From the NCBI GenBank assembly GCA_038118245.1, contig JAYOHN010000001.1, forward strand, positions 14,122 to 78,121: a DNA stretch of 64,000 nucleotides, written 5' to 3'. Below are positions 20,201-27,318 of the stretch, piece after piece; positions within the stretch are counted from its first letter, which is position 1, and every line of letters begins with the position of its first letter. Origin of the DNA: Poseidonia sp. (GTDB taxonomy: Archaea > Thermoplasmatota > Poseidoniia > Poseidoniales > Poseidoniaceae). Under the pieces are notes generated by a model. It was not told the DNA's origin. It searched no databases and was given only the letters and a program-made list of their open reading frames with translations. Position numbers and translations under genes: made by a program.

Positions 20201-22598
20201 GCACAGCCGCTTGTCCACCGAAGTTGAGACGGCCAACGGCCAACCGCTCAAAGACGGGACGGCGTACCACGCCACCGTCGTGGTGGAATACAACGATGGA
20301 CGGTGGGGCGAGGTGGCCCAGCCGCTCGGCCCTGCAAGCCCCAGTGACGAAGTTCCCGGAGCGCCAGCATGGGCTTCAGCTCAAGCCATGGGGAGTTCGG
20401 GTGAAGACGGTGATGTCGAACTCGAATGGGCCCGATGCACGGCCCTTGACCTCGCAAGAACCAACGTTTACGTCGCCACGACGCCGATGACGGACGCGTT
20501 TGGGCGAAGCCCGTTCACCTCCGTTGCTCCCAACGAAGGGAACCAGTCCGTCCTCTCCCTAACCCCCGGCGTTCCCGTTTGGATCGGCTTCTCCTGCGTC
20601 GACGAAGCCGGCCAAGAAAACCTCGCGAACATCACGGTCGTCGGACCAATCGTCCCCACCGGTGAACTCAACGACAACGAGGCACCCGAACCGGTGGAAG
20701 GAACCGAAGCCAGCGACGTGCCGGACGACGAAGGTGGACGCATCCAGGTGACATGGAATCAGAGCCTTGCCGAGGATTGCGCCTTTTATGCCGTCCTCAT
20801 CAAACAAGGTGACCATGTCCCTGAAGACAACCAAACCACGAACGCTGTGGGCTTTTCACAGGCCGCCATCGTCAACCCTTGCGATTCGACCGAGGCGGTG
20901 ATCAGTTCCTTGGACGGTGTTCCGCTCATCGACGGTCAAGTCTACACCTTTGGAGTCGTGGCGTACGATGTTTGGCTTAACGGCAACACCGACGAGGTCG
21001 TCCTTGTTGCTGCTACACCGTTCCAAAACATCGTCGGCCAAGGCAGCACGCCCCCGAGGGTCACTTCGCTCATGGCGTTTGATCACGCTGACGATGACGG
21101 CACCGCTATCGATGTGGTTTGGGAGCCTTCCACGGTGGATGATTTTGCATCGTACACCGTCTGGGTCTCCAACCTCCCCGTCACGGAACTCTCCGAAGCG
21201 TACGCTGCCTTCGGCACCGACCCCGATGCATGCGGATGCTTCTCCTTCAACAAACAATGGATCGACGAGCGAACCAACCCGATCGAACTGACGCTTTCCA
21301 CGGCGCTTTATGTCCCCGAAGACGCTTCCTTGGCCCAAGGATCTCCCGGCCTCATTCAGCCCGATGTGGAACTCCATGTCGCCGTTACCGTGCACGACCT
21401 CAAAGGAAACGTCCACTTGACCAACCTCACCCAGGTCACGGTCACACCGGTTGACAATCAAAACGATGTGACCGCACCCGATAGGGTCACCCAACTCGAT
21501 TTGCGTGACCGCCCGAACGATGATGGGTCAGCCTTGCTCCTGGATTTTGAGCCTTCCACAGCGAGCGATGTTTCGCGGTATGAAGTGTACGCTGCGACCT
21601 ACAACTTCGAGGGAGCGGTAACGGCTCAACTCGCTCCCGTCGCCACGCTGGGTCGCGATCCAGCGCTTCCTTTGGTGATCGACCTGGTCGCCGGTGACGC
21701 TCCCGTGGTCCCCGGACAGGAAATCTGGGTTGCTGTCGTGGCCGTTGATACGTCGGGCAACGTCCACACAACCCAACTGACCATGGTTTCCGCAGCCTCC
21801 AGCGATGAAGGCATCACCGATGCAGGAATTTATCTGCCCGATATCGAAGATGTAGCGGCTGAATGGTTTGAAGGGGCCAGCATTTTCGTTGAGTGGCGCC
21901 ACTCCATTGACGCCAACGTGAGAGGCTACCACGTCTACATCAGCGACGAAATGTTCACCACGACCGAAGACGCAACGATGGTCGGCCAAACCGTTTCGGC
22001 AAATTCATTCCTCATCACCAACGACAACCATCCCGAGCTTTCCACCGCATCAGCCTGGTTCATCGGTGTGGTCCCCTACGACGAAACGGTGGCGAAATCG
22101 ACCGTTGTATCGGTGAAAGTTGACCCGCTTCAACCAACAGACGGCAGCGAACGTTCGAATGAAACCGGACAACTCTCACTTGATTCCTTGCTGACAGGAC
22201 CAAACCTCATCGCAGCGGGGATGCTTCTCATCGTCCTCATGCTCCTCGTGTTCGTGGTACGCTCTCGAGGTGCTTCAGCCAGGAAGAACAAAGGCTGGGA
22301 ATTGCAGGAGGCCACGTGGGGCATCCAAGACAAGGATTGGGGCAACGTCCCATCGACACCCGCATCTCCAACGGCCCCGGCTCCACCGCAAGGGGTGAGC
22401 GCACAACAAGCCAACGACATTTATTCCGCAGCCGAACAAATTCGTACCGCTTCGACCGGACGTGAAGTCTACCAACAACAGCAACCTGTTTTGCGACCTC
22501 AGGTCGACCCTTCGCTGCTCGATGGCTTGCTTGACGACGCCCCGTCACCCCCGAAGATGCCGGAGATTGACACGTCCTTCCTCGACGACCTCCTGTGA
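14274..22598 (+). CDS. Giant (2774 aa) cell-surface protein: signal peptide, multiple beta-propeller (Reg_prop-like) repeats, five acidic Ig/FN3-like modules, single TM anchor and acidic cytoplasmic tail
   Basis: N-terminal signal peptide (LLLLMSMSPMLMLPTVSAHA). Recurrent GVLRYN...W propeller-blade motifs. Five about 230-aa modules, each starting DDGG/DDDG...W....(F/Y)xVY. TM helix LIAAGMLLIVLMLLVFVV, then a 110-aa tail. Confidence 0.85.
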   Translation: MVLLMDWTQSSRTRLPQRRQAFGLVVLLLLMSMSPMLMLPTVSAHAEPSGVSWPLEGSEDTGWVRLDATGANPLTGQQATADWNLSFAPGAVLSNVTLEVRASGQDGLTVTEPHLTVNGMGTSLFDWRGLGTLGTADGFATGATHSGRLNPNSNSDAGWDLPSDAEITEMIIEVLAPSDPKVSLTPVVFEINDAETDPASGLLYVATNADLLVLNANNDPTIVDAYDYQSEGGVLDVVIDGSNAVLHLLLGDGTFRAFSLTDSTPLAALGDGDLDRFLMTGAGEVFAASGTGLYEWDGGAWKQRVVSTSSDSITRALAMVEVNGIVYASIEGAGVLRYNTANAQALSTWSTANSLHSDNVVHMMPSGNQLLLGSTDFGVGRFDFAAGFWLSTWTSANWLNSDNIAGIQRVGSVLYILNGDSLHTYNISNGVFSTSYSLSNLNLAGEGASLLLWEGVGAAAPNTPVLLVDDGSGTLARLRPGQSPFVEASTILASGPATTDMTAVVELDNVLYIGTGDDTGVLRYDIGSAVWLTPWTGLNDNALALVAAPSAAGSTSLFAAMETQPIVNELNQAGQILNTYDGTSGCYPSTSTVVGLAVDQNSVAMTLENGAFVHFQRTGQQAGTCTAYDTTNGLPTSFVGDVALFGGAAYVATEDKGVLRYNIANDTWLEPWGSTGVNGVNDAPVAMVGDVLHLGLQGYGVARKDMSTGEILSPLLATNQGGVLPSNQIYALESDGSNLYIGTQQGARKWDGNQATNFGQGSTWQTRPFQFFDFVVDGSDLYAGTNIGVCKYTLSTMAVNDCQNVYDGMPNWATYSVGVDASYVYGGTNTGVGLITKSTFQHDTNWGEGTQTGNAVVEIMGDIAYIGTEGLGVLRYNITSNQWLTPFTEDNGVLDGGNDDVTGLVADIRPNLLWVGGDDGFQLINVTTGSEAYDIERNSNLYTAAGPPHEMVIHNNILYYHASTASDEVSRLDVANLTALTNLDIGAQVGENGGDIASMELVGDEVVVSVVSGQWWNADGSGGIARWDTTTSTFAANVLPTGAIDRVTAYESSNGNLWVAWGELKLDLYDANRSLVNSWTTFDLPIRGVVEYNGETLFATEDGVLRYNESTNQWNSPWEAGNGLPSNAGSQFYELWTDGTNLVVGGVRFNNFGGFIEGVISHRNGAGAWTAYAADSNTNIPDGYPISMEMCGGLLNIAMYNGNGGIARIDLQNASVQSDFDRSMLDGFSPASVTCDAQDTLYIGYYNDNQPISRYSYVSGAFLSSLTTSSHNLPSDRVWYDGLAHSGTQLLVGHGIGLFGTNVIGGGYSTLVANGATALQAQVYGGGSSVTSFQWKTGASQWLLGQAGGASGYSHVSSLSSNGMQKIVDLPGLVSGQVSAMTANSTHIWAATGGGQNGGAGNFGGSGTGLLQGIFLPNGSVEWTYGWTLPGNTVATDLALNGGDVYIASNPGGLFKLNTRTQSISSIGGSLHGKFDTMHPYNGQFVMGLAGDGGSPPGVQVFDPSTAQFGNGRLIAGLPSNIVNGFATTTDVLYIATSGGIGRWNYTTNDWMDSITASNGLPNDIVEDVVAVGNDVYAATPSGVFVWDATTNAGTTMTTADGLMGNSAWGLVTHTDASGSISVLVGHDGRGAERPGVSVVDAAAQQVTSTHRFDQIPSNTVTSLASDWWGVHVATDGWPLTHWNASSGEFEDGVRFTQVQYPVQHMFSNGDQVLVLGGENDGILVQARTDAHASLNVFRPGSVTGGTLGANTVWLLTEDGLKGWANNRQYTPVDESSMRRALPLTVRAMNNGGGVDVSNMTHPGMPVQLVSPNDPFQLDNTVGTPGTHNLLFQNVPVVMTSPVSGAAVWAKAVSLNYDATLDISEDPALGLNLQDAVDNGQLYNNTRHVSLRLISPANGSMEVRITYDYVRSDTPVTMEGLVDRPDDGGGVLTASWSLVHDEDFARYLIFVNEGPWTSDPTELMLLGQSPDKAVSLHSRLSTEVETANGQPLKDGTAYHATVVVEYNDGRWGEVAQPLGPASPSDEVPGAPAWASAQAMGSSGEDGDVELEWARCTALDLARTNVYVATTPMTDAFGRSPFTSVAPNEGNQSVLSLTPGVPVWIGFSCVDEAGQENLANITVVGPIVPTGELNDNEAPEPVEGTEASDVPDDEGGRIQVTWNQSLAEDCAFYAVLIKQGDHVPEDNQTTNAVGFSQAAIVNPCDSTEAVISSLDGVPLIDGQVYTFGVVAYDVWLNGNTDEVVLVAATPFQNIVGQGSTPPRVTSLMAFDHADDDGTAIDVVWEPSTVDDFASYTVWVSNLPVTELSEAYAAFGTDPDACGCFSFNKQWIDERTNPIELTLSTALYVPEDASLAQGSPGLIQPDVELHVAVTVHDLKGNVHLTNLTQVTVTPVDNQNDVTAPDRVTQLDLRDRPNDDGSALLLDFEPSTASDVSRYEVYAATYNFEGAVTAQLAPVATLGRDPALPLVIDLVAGDAPVVPGQEIWVAVVAVDTSGNVHTTQLTMVSAASSDEGITDAGIYLPDIEDVAAEWFEGASIFVEWRHSIDANVRGYHVYISDEMFTTTEDATMVGQTVSANSFLITNDNHPELSTASAWFIGVVPYDETVAKSTVVSVKVDPLQPTDGSERSNETGQLSLDSLLTGPNLIAAGMLLIVLMLLVFVVRSRGASARKNKGWELQEATWGIQDKDWGNVPSTPASPTAPAPPQGVSAQQANDIYSAAEQIRTASTGREVYQQQQPVLRPQVDPSLLDGLLDDAPSPPKMPEIDTSFLDDLL
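20030..22150 (+). repeat. Five tandem about 690-nt coding repeats (acidic Ig/FN3-like modules) inside the giant gene
   Basis: Modules begin at about 20040, 20720, 21085, 21510 and 21850. All share D/PDDGG-x-W-x-D-x-Y-x-V(Y/W). Confidence 0.6.
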
Positions 22599-22607
22599 GG
22601 GGAAGCG

Positions 22608-23357
22608 ATGGGCGTCCAGGGTCCCCGCTCGGAGGTTTTTACCACCGTTCGTGCGGACGCTAACGGAAGGCTTGCCGACTGGCCCGCCCACTTGGACCGG
22701 CTCAAAGCGCACGCAAAACGCCTGCGCATCGCCCTCCCGGAGTTGCCTCACCTTGATTTCAAGGATGATGCAGAAAGCGAAGGATTGGTCCGCATCGCCT
22801 ACCGACCGGAAACGCTGTCATGGACCTTCACGAAGCGACCCCTCGGCCTTCACGACGAGGCCGTTGATGCCATCAGCTACCCTGCACCTCGGTGGAACGA
22901 TCGCACCAACGGGTGCAAGCACGGGCAATGGGATGCTTACCTCGAAGCAAGAACGACGGCGGAAAACGCAGGATGCGATGTGGCCCTCCTGATTCACGAA
23001 CACGCCATTGTTGATGCCGACCGGGCAACGCCGCTGCTGCTCGATGAAGACGGAACGGTGTGGATGGCCCCGGACAGCGACGGTGGTGTGGAAGGTGTTG
23101 CAGCGAGCGTTGTTGAAGCGGCCTTGCCAAACTTGGGCTTCCCTGTTGTACGAAGCCGCCTGAACGAACGAACCGTTGCTCGCTGCGCCGAGTTGGTCCT
23201 GGTCGGAACGGGCATGGGCGCCTGCAGGGTGGACTCGATTGACGGCGAGGCGGTCGGCACTTCCACGACGCTCTCCATGGTCTGCCAGACCGTGTTGCGG
23301 GAACATTTTACCGACGAGGCAACGTGGTCCGCTCCGGGGCAGCAACGTGGCGCATGA
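22608..23357 (+). CDS. pabC: Aminodeoxychorismate lyase-like (class IV PLP fold) protein
   Basis: 249 aa with a class-IV aminotransferase/ADC-lyase-like core. Sits immediately upstream of the PabB/PabA fusion. Confidence 0.6.
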   Translation: MGVQGPRSEVFTTVRADANGRLADWPAHLDRLKAHAKRLRIALPELPHLDFKDDAESEGLVRIAYRPETLSWTFTKRPLGLHDEAVDAISYPAPRWNDRTNGCKHGQWDAYLEARTTAENAGCDVALLIHEHAIVDADRATPLLLDEDGTVWMAPDSDGGVEGVAASVVEAALPNLGFPVVRSRLNERTVARCAELVLVGTGMGACRVDSIDGEAVGTSTTLSMVCQTVLREHFTDEATWSAPGQQRGA

Positions 23358-25590
23358 CATCATCGCCATCGCTCACCGCCTGGCCCAAGAGGGCCTGTTG
23401 GGGGCCGGGGCCCTTCGCTACGGTTCAGCCGACCGGACCATGCTCGTCTCAGCCGGTCCAGCCTCTCATCTTTCGAAATGGTCGCTGTTGTGCGCTCCCG
23501 CCACGAAACGCGTCACGGTACGTCAACCGTCCCGAGCCAGCATGCCTTCGGCACCACCGCACTCCCCGCTCGCCGGTGAGCTTCGTTTGGTCGGGGAAAA
23601 ACCGCTGTTGCAAGCCGAGGTGGAAGAGTGGAAGCACGGTTCGTGGTACCACAGCGTCACCCTTCGTGCGACAAACCTCGGTGATTTGATGACCAAGTTG
23701 CGGGCTGAAACACCGACTGGTCTCTTTTCGCAACCACACACGGCCGGCTTTCCCAACCAACCGTTTTGGTGCGGGGGCTTGGCGTACGACCTTGTTCAAT
23801 GGACCCAGCCTTTGCACCTGCAACATGCGCCCGAAGAAGGCACCCTCCTCGCCGTGTTGTGGTGCGTCACCGGCGGCGTTGCCGTGGAAAACGGGACGGG
23901 AGAGCGGACCGTTTTTGGCAACGACAAAACGTGGACAGAGCAAGCCCAGCAGGCGCTTCAAAGCACCCTTGAGAAACCCGTTGTCCAGGACCCGCCGCAC
24001 CACCGAGAGGCGGTCACCCACACCGATGAAACACATCAAGACAACATCGAAGCGGTTCGTGAAGGCATCGTCAACGGCCAAGTTTACCAGGTGAACGTCG
24101 GGAAACACTGGCAGGGGGAAATCGACGACCCATACGCCGTCTTTCAACGACTTCTCCTCACCAATCCTGCCCCCTACGCCGCTTACATCGAAGCCGAGGA
24201 CCTGGGCTTCGCCCTCGCAAGTTCTTCGCCTGAATCCTTGTTAACATGCGACGGAGAACGTTTGTCCACCTCACCCATCAAGGGAACCTGCCCCCAAGGA
24301 GCGAACGAGACGGAGCGAGAAGCCTTTCGATTGGAGATGCTCAACGACCAAAAAGAGCGGGCTGAACACCGCATGCTCGTGGATTTGATGCGCAACGACC
24401 TGACAAAGATCTCTCGTCCAGGCAGCGTCTCAGTGCGTCGGTTTGACGTTGAAGCCTACGCCAACGTCCAGCATTTGGTCAGCCACATCACCTCTCGCTT
24501 GGCCGACGAAGTTTCCTCGGGTGATGCGTTGGAAGCCGTCTTTCCCGGAGGTTCCATCACGGGCTGTCCCCGCACGATGGTGTGCGCGGTCATCGATGAA
24601 CTTGAACAGATGCCCAGGTCGTTTTGGACCGGATCGGTTGGGTACATCGATGTCCATTCAGGCCAGAGCGCTTGGAACATCTTGATTCGAACGCTGGAGG
24701 CCCACCGCACTGGAGGACGCTGGCACGCATCGGTGGGCGCAGGTGGAGGCATCACCATCGCCTCCAATCCGGTGAAAGAAGTTGAAGAGGCGGCCTGGAA
24801 AGGCGCTGCGTTACGGGTTGCTGCAGGGTGGATGCGCAACGAACACGCCACCTTACCGCAAGCAAACTTGAGCATCCACCCGGTTGATGCCCCCGCCTCT
24901 CAAAACGAAATCCCTGTGAAAGGCACCATTCAATCACTTGAAGTGGCTTTACGCAAGGAGCGGGCCACCGGTGTGCTTTTTATTGACAACCTCGATTCGT
25001 TTTCACTGAACATCGCCGATGCTTTGGCCCAACTTGGCGCAACCGTCACGGTGATGGAGGGGCGTTCACCAAGCGTGGAGATGTACCACGACCCGGTAGC
25101 GCTCAACGATCTGCTCGACCGGTTGCAGCCCTCGCACATCGTCCTCGGCCCGGGTCCCGGGAAGCCTGAGGACGGGGCACTCAGCCTTGCCTTGGCTCAC
25201 CACGCTCTGGCCGGCCAACTCAACGTTCCCGTGTTGGGCGTTTGCCTCGGTCACCAAGCCTTGGCCCAAGCCGACGGTTGGAAGGTCATCGCAGCGCCCA
25301 ACGGCCCGGTGCATGGCGTCCCTGTACCCGTGGAACACGACGGGACCGGCCTCTTCCCAGGCGATCACGCTGAGGCGCTGACGTTGACGCGATACAACTC
25401 GCTGGTGGTGGAAAAGCCGATGCAGGCGACCCTGTTGGTCAACGCCATCGAAAACGGAACCGGTCTGGTCATGGGTGTTCGCCACCCGACCTTGCCGATT
25501 CACGGTTTGCAAATCCACCCTGAATCGGTCGGCTCACCAAAAGGCCTGATGCTCTTGGATGCCTTTCTGGGAATTCAATCGGATGGTTGA
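23345..25590 (+). CDS. pabBA: Aminodeoxychorismate (or anthranilate) synthase, fused component I (chorismate-binding) plus component II (glutamine amidotransferase)
   Basis: The chorismate-binding signature (FPGGSITGCPRTM...WTGSVGYID) is followed by a class-I GATase (VLGVCLGHQAL...LQIHPES). The ORF is open from 23176, but a GTG near 23345 avoids a 180-nt overlap with the upstream gene. Confidence 0.8.
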
Positions 25591-25626
25591 AGAATCCCTT
25601 GCCGTTGGGCAGCATGAGGAACCCCC

Positions 25627-26013
25627 ATGCCGACCTGTCGTCACTGCGGAAGCACGTATCCACGGGAGTTTTTCATTCACGGCAACGGCCCGATGACCCA
25701 AGTTTGCGTCGGGTGCGGCGTGGACAAAGGACTGGTGACCAAAGAAGAAGTCCCTGTCCTTTTTGACAAAGGCACCGCAGGAGCACGGTTCTCCACCGTC
25801 GCTCGTCGCTACAGCATGTTCCTGTATCTGCCGTTTTTGTGGATTTTGTGGGGAGCCACACTCTCCGACGTAGAGCCTTGGGGCCTGTTCTTCCTCGGCT
25901 TGCTCCTGCTCCTCACGCTTGCGGCACCCGTGCTGTTTCTTTACCGAGGTGGACGGTATTCCGGCGACATGGCTCGTCTCTCGCCCGCTTACGAACGCCC
26001 CAAAGGCCACTGA
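25627..26013 (+). CDS. Zn-ribbon membrane protein (hypothetical)
   Basis: N-terminal CxxC...CxxC zinc ribbon (CRHCGS...CVGCG) followed by two TM helices. Confidence 0.5.
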   Translation: MPTCRHCGSTYPREFFIHGNGPMTQVCVGCGVDKGLVTKEEVPVLFDKGTAGARFSTVARRYSMFLYLPFLWILWGATLSDVEPWGLFFLGLLLLLTLAAPVLFLYRGGRYSGDMARLSPAYERPKGH

Positions 26014-26018
26014 GACCC

Positions 26019-27308
26019 TCAAACCTTGGCGTGAATTTTGAGCACATCGCCGTCGGCAAGCTCGTGATCCGCACCCACCACGCGACGCGTCCGTCCGTCC
26101 ACGCCTCGAATGAATCCGGTCCCCAAATCGGTGTGAACATGAAACGCAAGCGCCTTGGCTTGCATGCCTTGAGGAACCACAAAGGCATCTGGCAGCACCT
26201 TCCCCTCACCATCAACCCAGTGATTTTCGTCTTGGACGGGGTACACCACGATGCGGTTCATCTGGTCAAAAAGCACGGTGTCGAGCAAACGAGCCATGCC
26301 GGTTCCTTGCATCGCCTCCAATTTTGATCGCATGTGGCCCAGTGCTTTCTGTTGGGCTTCACTCAGCGCTTCGGGGTTCGCCACCTCAAAGGTGGAGGCC
26401 CCCGGCCGATAGTGAATCAGGCCAGATTCATGCGCCCTGCGAAGGGCGAGTTCCATGTCCGCCATGCAGGGCACGACCGTCCGTCCTCCAAACCGCTGGA
26501 AGACCCCGGTCGGTGCGATGTCGGCTTTGTTCGCCGCATACACGATGGGAAAGAGGTGAAGGCGAAGGCTTTGCCCGAGGCGTTCAAGGACGCTGGCATC
26601 CCAGTCCCAGGGTTGACGTTCCACCGGGAACCGTTCACGAAAATGCAGCACGGCTTGCGAGACCAAGGATTGGGTTGCGCCGAGCCCGCTCAACCGTTCA
26701 TGGATGAATGAAACCAGCCCTTTCTCGCCTTCGGCTTGAACACGCCGTACCCCTCGGTTCCAGCCCTCATCGAGCAGACCTCCAATCCATGCATCGAGTT
26801 CGGTCTCAAGAAAAGTCATCTCGTCCTCAACCCGCTTCGCGGCCTCTTCGAGCGAGGCCGCGCCTCCGAGAAATTGCCCTTCTTCGTCGGTGGTGCCCGC
26901 CGCGTCAACGACATGAATCAGCACATCGCAATTGGCGAGGTCGGCAAGAAAAGCGTTGCCGCGACCTCGGCCCTCGCTGGCGCCAGGCACAAGACCGGCC
27001 ACATCGACCAAAGCGACCGGCACACGACGACGATGCCCGATGCAGGTTCCAGTCCGAGGCTCACAGAGGCTTCCTTGACGCGGGTCATCGGCATCAACAG
27101 GCGCCATTCGTCCATCGGACTCCAGCCGTTCCCGCAGGCTTTGACACGCACAAGGGAAGCGAGCCTCAACAAAGGCGACCCCGACGTTGGGTTCAATGGT
27201 GCAGAACGGGTAGTTCGCAATGTCCACGTTTGCAAGCGTGGCTGCACTGAAAAACGTGGATTTTCCAACGTTGGGTTTCCCGACCAGCCCGATGCGCACG
27301 TGCATCAC
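26019..27308 (-). CDS. Obg-like ATPase/GTPase of the YchF/OLA1 (Ygr210-like) subfamily with C-terminal TGS domain
   Basis: P-loop GLVGKPNVGKST and a C-terminal TGS-like beta-grasp domain (DGDVLKIHAKV). A Cys-rich insertion (CACQSL...CEPRTGTC) may bind Zn. Confidence 0.8.
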   Translation of the reverse strand: MMHVRIGLVGKPNVGKSTFFSAATLANVDIANYPFCTIEPNVGVAFVEARFPCACQSLRERLESDGRMAPVDADDPRQGSLCEPRTGTCIGHRRRVPVALVDVAGLVPGASEGRGRGNAFLADLANCDVLIHVVDAAGTTDEEGQFLGGAASLEEAAKRVEDEMTFLETELDAWIGGLLDEGWNRGVRRVQAEGEKGLVSFIHERLSGLGATQSLVSQAVLHFRERFPVERQPWDWDASVLERLGQSLRLHLFPIVYAANKADIAPTGVFQRFGGRTVVPCMADMELALRRAHESGLIHYRPGASTFEVANPEALSEAQQKALGHMRSKLEAMQGTGMARLLDTVLFDQMNRIVVYPVQDENHWVDGEGKVLPDAFVVPQGMQAKALAFHVHTDLGTGFIRGVDGRTRRVVGADHELADGDVLKIHAKV

Positions 27309-27318
27309 CGAGCGTGGT

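Noticed and set aside
23176-23344. Long N-terminal extension of the PabB/PabA fusion overlapping the pabC-like gene by 180 nt
   Set aside because: The translated extension is Arg/Pro/Trp-rich with no chorismate-enzyme similarity. A GTG at about 23345 gives a normal gene junction.
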